Positions 8,174 to 18,497 of a stretch of 59,436 nt of DNA are shown here, piece after piece; position 1 is the stretch's first letter, and each line of letters begins with the position of its first letter. Position numbers and translations under genes: made by a program. The stretch comes from Candidatus Yanofskybacteria bacterium RIFCSPHIGHO2_01_FULL_41_21 (GTDB lineage Bacteria; Patescibacteriota; Minisyncoccia; 2-02-FULL-40-12; GWA2-44-9): positions 1 to 59,436 of the forward strand of contig MGJA01000013.1 of assembly GCA_001794025.1 (NCBI GenBank), in the 5' to 3' direction. Under the pieces are notes generated by a model, which was given only the letters and a program-made list of their open reading frames with translations, was not told the origin of the DNA and did no database searches.

Positions 8174-9247
8174 ATGGCAATCATCATTTCAAAAAACGGC
8201 AAGAACGCCGTTCGGATAGATAAGTCGACCTTCGATAAGGAGGACTATCTACAAAAGTATATTTACGATAATCCCGAGAGTATTCCTCTCTACGACATAA
8301 AAGAAGATATCCGGCTCCTAATTTTGGCTCGTGAATTTCCGACCAACAGTGGCCCGATTGATGCCATCGGCATAGACAAGGAAGGAGAGATATACATTAT
8401 TGAAACCAAACTATATAAGAACCCTGATAAAAGAACTGTTGTTGCTCAAGCCTTGGATTATGGCGCCGCCCTCTGGAAGCACTCAAGCAACTTTAACGAG
8501 TTTATTGCCATCCTAAACGAGAACGTCCAAAAAACATTCAGAGTTCCCCTTAATCAAAAACTCCAAGAATACTTCGGCCTATCAGAGGAAGAGCTAAACC
8601 AACAGTTGGATTTGGTGAAGAATAACTTAAGTGATGGCATTCTGCATTTTGTCATTCTAATGGACAATCTCGATGATCGGCTCAAAGACCTCATTCTCTA
8701 CGTTAACCAAAACAGTCAGTTTGATATCTACGCCGTTGAGCTTGAATACTATAAACACGATACCTATGAGATAATCATCCCTCGCATTTATGGGGCAGAA
8801 GTTAAAAAAGATATAGCCGTCAGTTCATCATCTTCCTTGCGTACGTCCTGGAATGAGGAGAAGCTTTTGAATCAGGCCAAAGAACTTCTGACCGACGAGA
8901 TATATACAAACTTTAAGAAGATTTATGACTTCTCCAAAGAATACGCTGATGAAGTCCGTCTTGGGACCGGACAAAATGGCTCCTTTAATCCTATCTGGCA
9001 TTCAGTGAGAGATAAATCGCTTTTTAGTCTATATGCAAACGGTCGGATGGGTATAAACTTTCATTGGCTTGTAAACGATGATAAATCTAATCTGGCAATC
9101 ATTGATAATTTTAAGAAAAAGCTTCAAGGAATAGGGTTTGAAATTCCTGATAACTATACCGAAGTAAGACCTGGCTATGATCCCGAAATATGGAGTCCCC
9201 GAACCGACCAATTCATTCAGGCAGTTAAGGATGTGGTGGCAAAATGA
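8174..9247 (+). CDS. NucS/DUF91-like PD-(D/E)XK endonuclease with C-terminal domain
   Basis: GPIDAIGID...IIETK...QALDY motif. Confidence 0.7.
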   Translation: MAIIISKNGKNAVRIDKSTFDKEDYLQKYIYDNPESIPLYDIKEDIRLLILAREFPTNSGPIDAIGIDKEGEIYIIETKLYKNPDKRTVVAQALDYGAALWKHSSNFNEFIAILNENVQKTFRVPLNQKLQEYFGLSEEELNQQLDLVKNNLSDGILHFVILMDNLDDRLKDLILYVNQNSQFDIYAVELEYYKHDTYEIIIPRIYGAEVKKDIAVSSSSSLRTSWNEEKLLNQAKELLTDEIYTNFKKIYDFSKEYADEVRLGTGQNGSFNPIWHSVRDKSLFSLYANGRMGINFHWLVNDDKSNLAIIDNFKKKLQGIGFEIPDNYTEVRPGYDPEIWSPRTDQFIQAVKDVVAK

Positions 9248-9259
9248 TACTAAATACCC

Positions 9260-9295
9260 AAGCACAAAACGGCTAAAATCAGCCGTTTTGTGCTT
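9260..9295. terminator. Intrinsic terminator-like hairpin
   Basis: 15-bp perfect stem aagcacaaaacggct/agccgttttgtgctt. Confidence 0.7.
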
Positions 9296-9335
9296 TACGA
9301 GAGGGCAAAATAGGGCTAAACTTAAGGAATAAACT

Positions 9336-12300
9336 ATGTCTCAACACGCTACCTCATATATTGCTGAAGTTTCTGAAAAATACAAAACCGGCCGTGCCGG
9401 CGAACATGCCTATCGACCTACTTTTGAGAAACTTGTTAAGACAATAGACAAAACTATTGGGATTATTAATGATCCAAAACGCACAGAATATGGCGCTCCA
9501 GACTTTATATTCGTAAAAGGTGAGCTAATAGCTGGTTACGCCGAGACTAAGGATATAGACGTAGATTTAGACAAGACTGTAAAATCCGAACAATTGGAGC
9601 GTTATTTCGGCTACTCCAATTTAATACTTACAAACTATCTCGAATTTAGATTTTTTAGAAATGGATCGTTATGCGGTGAGCCTATTGTTATAGGAAAAAT
9701 CGATGGTGACACGGTCAAAATTATTGACGAATCCGCAGGTACTTTAGAAAATGCCATTAAAGATTTTCTTATTTCTCAGCCGGAAGCGATCAAGAGTGGT
9801 GTTCGTTTAGCGAAAATTATGGGTGGTAAGGCTCGTCGTATTCGTGACAATGTTAAACAATTTCTCACTAAAGAATCTGATGAGAACAAAGAGCTTGGAA
9901 AGATTTATGGTACTATCCAACAACTTTTAGTTCATGATCTCGACCCGAGTTCCTTTGCTGACATGTACGCGCAGACACTTGTTTATGGTCTATTTGTGGC
10001 TCGTTACCACGACGACTCACCGGAAAATTTTTCTCGTAGAGAAGCCGGAGATCTTATTCCTGCTTCTAACCCTTTTTTGAGACATTTTTTCGACCACATA
10101 GCAGGAATAAACTTTGATCAGCGACTCGCGTATATAGTAAATGAGTTGTGCGAAATATTTCGGGTTGCCGATGTCCAGAAGTTGATGAGCGAATATTATG
10201 AGAAAAATCTTTTTGGCGAAGAAATTAAAGGACCCGATCCAGTAATCCATTTTTATGAAGATTTTCTTAAAGAATACGATCCTGTTTTACGAAAGAAAAT
10301 GGGTGCCTATTATACACCGCTACCGGTGGTCAGATTTATTGTCAAAACTGTTGACGACATCCTACGAATAAATTTTAAGCTAGCGGACGGACTCGCCGAT
10401 ACTTCAAAATTATCAAATGGCCTCCATCGTGTTCAGGTTTTAGATCCAGCCGTTGGTACGGGTACATTTATCAGTGCTGTTATTAGAAAAATTTACGAGC
10501 TCTTCGTAAGGACAAAACAGGAAGGTCGTTGGCCGACATATGTTCATCACGATCTTTTACCGCGCATTTATGGTTTTGAGTTAATGATGGCTTCGTATAC
10601 GATTGCCCACTTAAAATTAAGTATAGAGTTCTCAAAAACAAAATTTAAACACTTTAACAAGCGACTTGGAATATATCTAACAAATTCACTTGAAGAAATC
10701 GTAGATCAAAAAAGCCTATTCTCTGGATTTGGTCTTGCCGAGAGTATAACCGAAGAAGCAAAAGAAGCCGCTATTATAAAAAGCGAGAGGCCGATAATGG
10801 TAGTTGTCGGTAATCCTCCGTATTCGGGGGTATCAAGCAATACATTTTACACTGGACACGGTGTATACAAAACTGAACCGACCGGAGGAAAATTAAAAGA
10901 AAGAAACTCTAAATGGCTCAACGATGACTATGTTAAATTTATACGCCTTGCGGAAAGTATGGTTGAAAAAACTGGCGAAGGAATTGTGGCCATGATTACC
11001 GCTCACGGGTATATAGATAATCCAACTTTTCGTGGCATGCGGTTTCACTTAATGAAAACATTTGATGAGATATATGTGCTTGATTTACACGGTAATGCCA
11101 ACAAGGAAGAAAAAGCATCAAATGGCGATGATGATAAAAATGTTTTTGATATAAAAACTGGAGTAGCCATTTTTATTGGCATTAAAAATAAAAAAAGTAA
11201 AGATGGAATTGCCAGAGTGTCTTGTGCTGATTGTTTCGGTAGCAGGTCATCTAAATTCGAATTTCTGAATAGCAACTCCTTCAGTTCTATTAAGTGGAAG
11301 GATATTAATCCTTCTGCACCTAATTATGAATGGGTTGTTCGTGATACAAAAACGCAAGGAGAATATCAAAAAGGATTCTCTGTTAATGAGTTATTTTTAA
11401 AGTCTAGTGTTGGCATTGTTACTGCTCGTGACGAAATGTCTATACGGCTTACGAGAGGTGAGGTTGAGGAAGTGATTCAAGACTTTCAAAATCTGGATGA
11501 AGAAACATTAAGAAGTAAATATGATTTAGGAAAAGATGCACAGGATTGGAAGGTCTCATGGGCTAAAAAAGATATACTAGAAAATTTTGATAACAACAAA
11601 ATAGTGCCAATTTCTTATCGGCCCTTTGATGTTCGCTGGACTTGCTATACAGGTACATCAAGAGGATTTCATGTTCGACCCAGAAGTGAAGTTATGGCTC
11701 ATATGACAAAAGACAACCTAGCTTTAATTGTCCTCAGGCAAGTTAAGGCTGGTAAAAGTTTCCAACATATTTTTGTATCAAAAAATATTACTGAATCAAC
11801 CCTGGTTTCTAATAAGACAAGTGAGATAGGCTACGTATTGCCACTCTATAATTATGATCATAGCGATAAGCTCCCCAATTTAGATAAAAAGATTATTGCC
11901 GATTTCGAAATAATCGTGGGTAAAGTTTTGTCCGAAGATATTTTTGACTACATCTATGCGGTCCTTCATTCGCCGAGCTATCGTGAAAAATATAAAGAGT
12001 TTTTAAAAATTGATTTTCCAAGAATACCATATCCAAAAGACAAAGAAACTTTCAAAAAACTAGTCGCTTTCGGCAAAGAATTACGGCTACTCCATTTACT
12101 CGAATCTCCTAAGATTAATCAATCCGTCATTTCATACCCAGAGGATGGCTCGAATATAGTAGATAAAATATCCTATACAGATAGTAGAGTATTTATTAAT
12201 GCCACACAGTATTTTGGCAACGTGCCGGAAATTGCTTGGCAGTTTTGGATTGGCGGCTATCAACCAGCTCAAAAATGGCTTAAGGATCGCAAGGGCCGAG

Positions 12301-12401
12301 CTTTAACCAATGAAGATATCGAGCACTATCAAAAGATAGTCGTTGCGCTAGTTGAAACGGATTTGGTCATGAAAGAGATCGATAAATATCTAAAACCATG
12401 A
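9336..12401 (+). CDS. Single-chain restriction-modification enzyme (Type IIG-like: nuclease, m6A methyltransferase, Type ISP-like specificity domain)
   Basis: PDF...ETK nuclease motif, YYTP, DPAVGTGTF, GNPPY, YRPFD, DFPRIP; no helicase motifs. Confidence 0.88.
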   Translation: MSQHATSYIAEVSEKYKTGRAGEHAYRPTFEKLVKTIDKTIGIINDPKRTEYGAPDFIFVKGELIAGYAETKDIDVDLDKTVKSEQLERYFGYSNLILTNYLEFRFFRNGSLCGEPIVIGKIDGDTVKIIDESAGTLENAIKDFLISQPEAIKSGVRLAKIMGGKARRIRDNVKQFLTKESDENKELGKIYGTIQQLLVHDLDPSSFADMYAQTLVYGLFVARYHDDSPENFSRREAGDLIPASNPFLRHFFDHIAGINFDQRLAYIVNELCEIFRVADVQKLMSEYYEKNLFGEEIKGPDPVIHFYEDFLKEYDPVLRKKMGAYYTPLPVVRFIVKTVDDILRINFKLADGLADTSKLSNGLHRVQVLDPAVGTGTFISAVIRKIYELFVRTKQEGRWPTYVHHDLLPRIYGFELMMASYTIAHLKLSIEFSKTKFKHFNKRLGIYLTNSLEEIVDQKSLFSGFGLAESITEEAKEAAIIKSERPIMVVVGNPPYSGVSSNTFYTGHGVYKTEPTGGKLKERNSKWLNDDYVKFIRLAESMVEKTGEGIVAMITAHGYIDNPTFRGMRFHLMKTFDEIYVLDLHGNANKEEKASNGDDDKNVFDIKTGVAIFIGIKNKKSKDGIARVSCADCFGSRSSKFEFLNSNSFSSIKWKDINPSAPNYEWVVRDTKTQGEYQKGFSVNELFLKSSVGIVTARDEMSIRLTRGEVEEVIQDFQNLDEETLRSKYDLGKDAQDWKVSWAKKDILENFDNNKIVPISYRPFDVRWTCYTGTSRGFHVRPRSEVMAHMTKDNLALIVLRQVKAGKSFQHIFVSKNITESTLVSNKTSEIGYVLPLYNYDHSDKLPNLDKKIIADFEIIVGKVLSEDIFDYIYAVLHSPSYREKYKEFLKIDFPRIPYPKDKETFKKLVAFGKELRLLHLLESPKINQSVISYPEDGSNIVDKISYTDSRVFINATQYFGNVPEIAWQFWIGGYQPAQKWLKDRKGRALTNEDIEHYQKIVVALVETDLVMKEIDKYLKP

Positions 12402-12916
12402 ATCTAGTTGAATTAATATGGCCACTACTATTACTAATCGTGTTTATTGTCGGCGGCATGTTTGTTTTTCAGATACTTTTTAAAAAATCTTCCAACAAAC
12501 CAGATCTTTCAGTTTACGAAAGGAAGCTATACTTATTTGACACAACCTCGGAATTCAATTTGTATAAAGTATTGTTGGAACTTTTTGGTGATAAGTATTT
12601 CGTTTTTCCTCAAGTTAATTACAGTCATTTAATACAGCCCAGAAAATCAACTTGGGAAGACGAGAGAAAACACAGAAGCCGTATTGATAGAAAGTCAGCC
12701 GACTTTGTTTTATGTGATAAAGAACGAATTGTCCCGCAATTAATCATTGAGCTGGATGGAGGGGTACATAATTTTAAGAGTAAGCAAGTCAGAGATGAAT
12801 TTATAGACGAGCTTACCAAAATTGTAGATCTTCCAATCCTTCACCTGAAGCCTGGTAGCCTAGATAAGGAATTTGTTAAGAACGAAATCAATAAAAAACT
12901 AAACAAAAATTATTAA
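12398..12916 (+). CDS. DUF2726 domain protein (membrane-anchored, restriction-endonuclease-like fold)
   Basis: N-terminal TM, FPQV, ADFVLCD, IELDG..H, RD motifs. Confidence 0.8.
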   Translation: MNLVELIWPLLLLIVFIVGGMFVFQILFKKSSNKPDLSVYERKLYLFDTTSEFNLYKVLLELFGDKYFVFPQVNYSHLIQPRKSTWEDERKHRSRIDRKSADFVLCDKERIVPQLIIELDGGVHNFKSKQVRDEFIDELTKIVDLPILHLKPGSLDKEFVKNEINKKLNKNY

Positions 12917-12918
12917 GT

Positions 12919-13557
12919 ATGGAAGATATTAGTTTAGAAAATCTTAATAAAACCACCGATCCTGTTTTACAAGAGCAACAGGGGTATCCTTTAGATACGG
13001 ATTCTGATCTGGTTGAAAAAAGGCCAGAATTATTTACAAAAATTAAGAAAAAAACAATTAAGGTAGTATCCCTTTATTTACAATTGCTATGGAATGCAAA
13101 TCCGAACGGTAAAACAATAAATGTAATGGATTTAATACTGAACTCGCAAACTCTTTTTGGTACAAAATTTGAAACAAAAGATCGTTTTACAATACGGCAC
13201 ATAGCATCAGATCTCAGGGAAATTTACATATTTATGGATCCGACGAGTTTAAAAAAATGGTATAAAAATATCGATACTGAGAGACCAGATATTTCATCGA
13301 GAATTGACTTGAGCAGGGAAATAAAGAACTTTCTTAGTGAAATCGTCCATCTTAACTATCGTTCAAGTCATGAAGCAGTAAAAAAAGTTTCAAAATTAGT
13401 TAAAGACTTAGACAAAGAAGATCTTGATATACCAGATCAATTTGATAGATATATTGACCACAAAACTTTTGAAGATAGTTTTGATGCGATTTGTGTGATT
13501 TTTATATTTAATTTTTATAAAATATTTGCAGAATTTCTCTACGATGAGGGGACATAA
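12919..13557 (+). CDS. Hypothetical protein, possibly HEPN-like nuclease
   Basis: 212-aa helical ORF with RHIASDLRE and LSEIVH motifs. Confidence 0.6.
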   Translation: MEDISLENLNKTTDPVLQEQQGYPLDTDSDLVEKRPELFTKIKKKTIKVVSLYLQLLWNANPNGKTINVMDLILNSQTLFGTKFETKDRFTIRHIASDLREIYIFMDPTSLKKWYKNIDTERPDISSRIDLSREIKNFLSEIVHLNYRSSHEAVKKVSKLVKDLDKEDLDIPDQFDRYIDHKTFEDSFDAICVIFIFNFYKIFAEFLYDEGT

Positions 13558-13561
13558 AAAT

Positions 13562-16528
13562 ATGAACCAACTTGAACTACACAAAAAAATAGAAGAATTT
13601 ATTAAAGCAGGAACTGTGTCTGCGGATATTAAAGTTGCCCAAGAATTGATTAAAAACGAGGACGCTAAGCGGTTCTTCTTCTCCCAAACAGATGAGAGTT
13701 GGCTTAATTGGCTTTGGCAGAAAGGTTTTCTCGACGGAGTAAAAAGTAAAATGAAAGATTCTACCACATACTCAAACAGCATGGCGGAGCTTGATTATCT
13801 AACGAAAGTTGCAGGAAAAGAACCAGCCAAGGTTTCGGAAATTATTAATTCTATAAAAATTTCCGAAGTGAACTTTAATCCAGAAGTTGTTGGTCGCTTC
13901 TTATGGATTATTAGCGAACTTCCAGCAGAACAAATCAAGACACTTACAGCAAAAATTAAGGATGAGAAGTGGATTTATTTAATGCGGGGTTTTCGTAAAT
14001 CTGGTTATGAATTTGAAAAGATTATTAAGAAGCTTGTTGAGAAAAAAGAAAGTAGTGCGATTTTGGAGTTGGCCCAAAGCTTGCTTATTGTAAAAAGTAA
14101 AACAGAAATCTTGGAGAAAGAAAGTAGCTTCAGTATTGATGATCCATTCTATGTTAGTGATTTAGATGCGTCTGGTGTTTTTGAGGCTTTAGTCGACATT
14201 GCTGATTCTCACAAAGAAATGGCGCTACAGATTACAACTGGCATAATGGCAGAAATTATAAAATTGGCTGAGCCAGATGAGAGTAAGGTTTTTGATTATC
14301 GAGATCCATTTGCTCTATATGATGTTGATTTCTTTACTCTTGAAATTGAAAACAAGGGTAGTTCCTCATATAGAGAAGATGTTAAAAACCTTGCGGCAAC
14401 TATTAAACAGTTAATTAATAGAACGATTGGCAAGAAACTCAGTAATACCGATGATATAAAACGGTTATTTGGCTATACTGATAAATTACCCTCATCTCGT
14501 TCGATGTGGCGCTTGAGATTATTTGCCCTATCTCGGTGCCCGGAGATATTCAAAAAAGAGTTACGAGATGCATTTTTCAAAGTTTTTGAAGTTGGTGAAA
14601 GATATTTTGAGATTGAAGGAGGGGCCGAATATAATCAGGCACTTATACTTTGTTTTAGTTTCTTAAATCCAGAAACAGATCAGAGGGAATACGTTAAGAA
14701 AATCTTTGAATATTTTGGTGCTGTACTTGAAGATAAAGATAAGGAAGGGTGGAGAAAAAGAGATGGTCTAGAAAAGCTTAGCTTTATAAAAGAATACCTC
14801 ACTCCCGATGAGAAAGAAGAGGCCAAGAAAATATTCAATAAGTATCCAGATGAAATTAATGTTATACCTGAGCCGACAATCGGCAAAATGCATGTTGGCT
14901 CTGTTTCTCACAGATCTCCAGTAAATCTTGATGACTATACAATTGAACAAATTGCTGAAAATCTAAAATCGGAATGGACTCCAGAGAAGCTAAATGAACA
15001 ATTCAAAAACGATGATTTCTTTCAACCTAGGGGGGTTGAGGGTCTCGGCGATGCCTTAAAAGAAAATATTAAAAAGCGAACAAATGAATATCTAAAAAAT
15101 ATTAACTCATTCTTTGATAAGAATAAAGTTCATCCGCATTATGTTTATTCGCTTCTACGAGGTATTGAGGAAATGCTTCGTAATGATAAGAATTCCTTTG
15201 ATGTACCACAGATAGGACAAATTCTAAATTTATTTAACACAATTAAGACAGAAGGAATACGAGAACCATTCAAGCGGAAAGATGATAAATCGTGGCTACC
15301 TGATTGGATAACAGTCCACAAAGTATTAACGGATGTACTGCTTCTTATTCTAGAAAATAAAGAAAGAAAAGAAGAGATTCATAAGGAATACAAGGAAAGA
15401 TTCCGAGAGCTGATTTCTTACTTGTTTACTATTAAAGATAGTCCAGCGAAAGAGGATGAAAAGCCTGAATATGGCGAGCTATACGGCGTAGCGATTAATT
15501 CTGTCCGCGGGCGAGCTTATGAGGCATTCGTTGTGCTTACTGAAAATGATGGAAAAACACTTACCGATGACACCAAGGAACTTTACAAAAAGACACTTCT
15601 TGATGATTCTCTTGCAGTTCGGTTTGTTATTGGTCGTTATCTAGCATCATTCTATTTCCGCGATAAAGAATTTATAATTGGTCTACTTCCAGAAATCTTT
15701 CCAAAAGATGATCTAGTAAAAAAAGATATATATTTAGCGTCTTGGGAGGGTTATCTGTCGAATACCTTATACGATAAATTATTTGCTAAACTTAAAGTTT
15801 ACTATAGCCATGCAATCACGCTTGATCCCAAAGACTATACACAAAGAAAATATTTCAAGGGTCTTGATGAGTCTTTGGCAATTCATGTTGCACTTTCTTT
15901 TGCCCATCTCGGATTAGAGATAGTCGATCCTCTATTTGTAGAGTTTTGGAATAAGCCAAATATAAAGCGTCATCAGGAATTTATATCATTTATTGGTCGC
16001 AGTTGTTTGACGAGAGATCAGGCAGGAGATGAGTGGCTAGCAGAAAACAAAGTTAGCAAAGAAAAACTCTTTAAGTTTTGGGATTGGGCATTGGAAAATT
16101 GTCCGAAACTTGTTGAGCCGGAAGCTCTGGCAGGTTTCGGTTTTTGGGTAAATCCGAATAAAGAAGTCTTAGTCGATATAGACGTAATTGATAGAATGGC
16201 AAAAACCCTTAGAAAGTCGGACGGGAATATTGATTGGGATTATGGGCTAATGAGACGATTACCAATTTTTGCCGAAAAAAATGGAGATAAAACATTAGAG
16301 ATTATATCAAATTTCTTATTGGACTTAAAAGGTAACCTAAACCAAAACCGCCGAGCACCCTTATTTAGTATTGACGGCGAGATTAAGCAGTCACTCGAGA
16401 TTATATATAAGAATGGAGATGTAACCTTAAAAGAAAAAGTTGTTGGACTAATAAATAATCTTATCGAAAAAGGAAGTAGTATGTTTTGGGGCTTAAAAGA
16501 TGTGATAAAAGAAGACAAGATGCTATAA
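13562..16528 (+). CDS. Large alpha-helical hypothetical protein (about 990 aa)
   Basis: Long ORF with SD GAGGGG before ATG 13562; no NTPase motif seen. Confidence 0.8.
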   Translation: MNQLELHKKIEEFIKAGTVSADIKVAQELIKNEDAKRFFFSQTDESWLNWLWQKGFLDGVKSKMKDSTTYSNSMAELDYLTKVAGKEPAKVSEIINSIKISEVNFNPEVVGRFLWIISELPAEQIKTLTAKIKDEKWIYLMRGFRKSGYEFEKIIKKLVEKKESSAILELAQSLLIVKSKTEILEKESSFSIDDPFYVSDLDASGVFEALVDIADSHKEMALQITTGIMAEIIKLAEPDESKVFDYRDPFALYDVDFFTLEIENKGSSSYREDVKNLAATIKQLINRTIGKKLSNTDDIKRLFGYTDKLPSSRSMWRLRLFALSRCPEIFKKELRDAFFKVFEVGERYFEIEGGAEYNQALILCFSFLNPETDQREYVKKIFEYFGAVLEDKDKEGWRKRDGLEKLSFIKEYLTPDEKEEAKKIFNKYPDEINVIPEPTIGKMHVGSVSHRSPVNLDDYTIEQIAENLKSEWTPEKLNEQFKNDDFFQPRGVEGLGDALKENIKKRTNEYLKNINSFFDKNKVHPHYVYSLLRGIEEMLRNDKNSFDVPQIGQILNLFNTIKTEGIREPFKRKDDKSWLPDWITVHKVLTDVLLLILENKERKEEIHKEYKERFRELISYLFTIKDSPAKEDEKPEYGELYGVAINSVRGRAYEAFVVLTENDGKTLTDDTKELYKKTLLDDSLAVRFVIGRYLASFYFRDKEFIIGLLPEIFPKDDLVKKDIYLASWEGYLSNTLYDKLFAKLKVYYSHAITLDPKDYTQRKYFKGLDESLAIHVALSFAHLGLEIVDPLFVEFWNKPNIKRHQEFISFIGRSCLTRDQAGDEWLAENKVSKEKLFKFWDWALENCPKLVEPEALAGFGFWVNPNKEVLVDIDVIDRMAKTLRKSDGNIDWDYGLMRRLPIFAEKNGDKTLEIISNFLLDLKGNLNQNRRAPLFSIDGEIKQSLEIIYKNGDVTLKEKVVGLINNLIEKGSSMFWGLKDVIKEDKML

Positions 16529-16529
16529 A

Positions 16530-17303
16530 ATGAAATTTTTAACAGATTATGAGGACAAATTGACAGAGGTAGCAAAAAAAGAAGGACTTATCTGTCTCGA
16601 TGATTTCGAAGTTTTAAACTTTGATGGTAAGAACGCACTGGCCTTCCTTGAGCTGATTTCAAAGACCAGACTTTCATTAAATACTCTTGGAAATATTGAT
16701 CTTCTGACACATGATTTGATTAATTCGATATCACCAGATATTAAATTTTCTCTAGCTAATATTTACTTATATTTTCCGAGCGCCAATAACTTTCTCAAGG
16801 AAATTAAACATATGAATGGCCAGGATGTCCCTACTTATAACAGGACCTTATCCGATAGAAGATTCTTTTATTATATAAATGTGGCTTTTGAAAAACTCTA
16901 TAATTTTTGGGATAGGGTTGGCGATACCCTTGCAATGGCTTTCAAGCTAGAAATACCCGAAAAGGAAATATTCTTCGGTGGAGTTATAGACAAACTTTGT
17001 ACTCTCGGTATAGAGTCTGAAGAGCTACAATGGTTAAAAAAGTTCAAAGATTCTGATTACTCTACTTTTCTTAACCGTCTTAGAATTAAGATAGTTCACT
17101 ATAGACAGAAAGATAGTTACTTTTTTATGGAGTGGGTCAACAGTTTTACAAATACTGAACCTGGTAATATTGAACTTTTAGTGCAACTTCAAAAAGAAAA
17201 AGAAGAACTACCCGTGCTACTCAAGGAACAATTTAAATTAACAAATATTGGTTTCGAAAAAATGGTAAAGTTAATTCACTTTCATGGCCCCTATGAAAAG
17301 TAG
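16530..17303 (+). CDS. HEPN domain protein (Cthe_2314-like)
   Basis: FEKLYNFWDRVG helix and RxxxxH motif (RIKIVH). Confidence 0.7.
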   Translation: MKFLTDYEDKLTEVAKKEGLICLDDFEVLNFDGKNALAFLELISKTRLSLNTLGNIDLLTHDLINSISPDIKFSLANIYLYFPSANNFLKEIKHMNGQDVPTYNRTLSDRRFFYYINVAFEKLYNFWDRVGDTLAMAFKLEIPEKEIFFGGVIDKLCTLGIESEELQWLKKFKDSDYSTFLNRLRIKIVHYRQKDSYFFMEWVNSFTNTEPGNIELLVQLQKEKEELPVLLKEQFKLTNIGFEKMVKLIHFHGPYEK

Positions 17304-17323
17304 TCTTCAATTTTAGTTAAAGA

Positions 17324-17620
17324 ATGAAAATAGAATCAAAACAACAAATTCTCAAACGGCGGAAAGAGATTGAGCAAGAGCTCGTGGATATGCTCAAGGA
17401 GACCAAGAGCGATTTTACCTTGGATCATGTTCGGGATGCTATTTTCCACGAGGAAGATAACGACGACATGATGAAAGTCGTGGCCATGTTTGATCGTGGT
17501 GGAGATGCTTCCGAGCTGGAGAATATCCTTGAATTAGTGACCGACGCATGGAATTACTTTCCACACAAATGCTTAAGCGGCCTTTGCCCAATGGAAAAAA
17601 TCGGAGTAGTATCACAATGA
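17324..17620 (+). CDS. Hypothetical protein
   Basis: 98-aa ORF in operon context. Confidence 0.7.
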   Translation: MKIESKQQILKRRKEIEQELVDMLKETKSDFTLDHVRDAIFHEEDNDDMMKVVAMFDRGGDASELENILELVTDAWNYFPHKCLSGLCPMEKIGVVSQ

Positions 17621-17636
17621 ATATATAATAAACTCA

Positions 17637-18467
17637 ATGATTAATCGTATTCTCAAACCACTCATTTATACCCTCGCCGTAATGGCAATTTTAGGTGTTG
17701 GAATTTGGATTGGCGGAAGCAGAGATAACAATTCTTCGATTACAGAGGAAACACAACAAGTCGCAAATACTGAAGATAATACTAATGGCGGGGTTTTAAA
17801 CGAAAATGGACAACCCCAACCGATTCAACCGCCAGATACTAGCTCAACTCGTCTTGTCAAAGTAACGAGAGTAGTAGACGGCGACACAATTGAAATAGAA
17901 GGCGGGGAAAAGGTTAGATATATCGGGATTGATACACCGGAGACCGTTGACCCACGCAAACCCGTACAGTGTTTCGGAGTAGAAGCGTCTAAGAAAAATA
18001 AGGAGATGGTTGAAGGTAAAATGGTGCGATTAGAAAAAGATATTACAGACAAAGACAAATATAACCGACTTTTGCGATATATCTGGCTGGACAATGTTTC
18101 TATAAATCTGGAATTGATAAAACAAGGTTTTGCTTACTCATATTCCTACCCTCCTGATATAAAGTATCAAGACCAATTTTTAAAAGCTCAGCAAGAGGCA
18201 CGCGAGGCAAAAAGAGGATTGTGGAACGCCTGCCCAACAGTTCAGGAGCAAACTGTCACGCCATCGATTTCTCCAGCGTTAACTCCAAAAAACAGTTTCT
18301 GTTTAATCAAGGGGAACATAAGCACTTCTGGTGAAAAAATCTACCATTTGTCAGGGTGTGGTTCTTACGCTAAAACAACAATAGATGAAGCTCGGGGCGA
18401 ACGTTGGTTTTGTACTGAATCTGAAGCCCAAGCCGCCGGCTGGCGCAAAGCACTTAATTGTCCGTAG
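17637..18467 (+). CDS. Secreted thermonuclease (SNase) with C-terminal Cys-rich domain
   Basis: Signal anchor, [33 protein letters not shown]...YH...WFCTE. Confidence 0.9.
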   Translation: MINRILKPLIYTLAVMAILGVGIWIGGSRDNNSSITEETQQVANTEDNTNGGVLNENGQPQPIQPPDTSSTRLVKVTRVVDGDTIEIEGGEKVRYIGIDTPETVDPRKPVQCFGVEASKKNKEMVEGKMVRLEKDITDKDKYNRLLRYIWLDNVSINLELIKQGFAYSYSYPPDIKYQDQFLKAQQEAREAKRGLWNACPTVQEQTVTPSISPALTPKNSFCLIKGNISTSGEKIYHLSGCGSYAKTTIDEARGERWFCTESEAQAAGWRKALNCP

Positions 18468-18497
18468 GGGCAAAGTGAGACACGAGACATACTCTTT

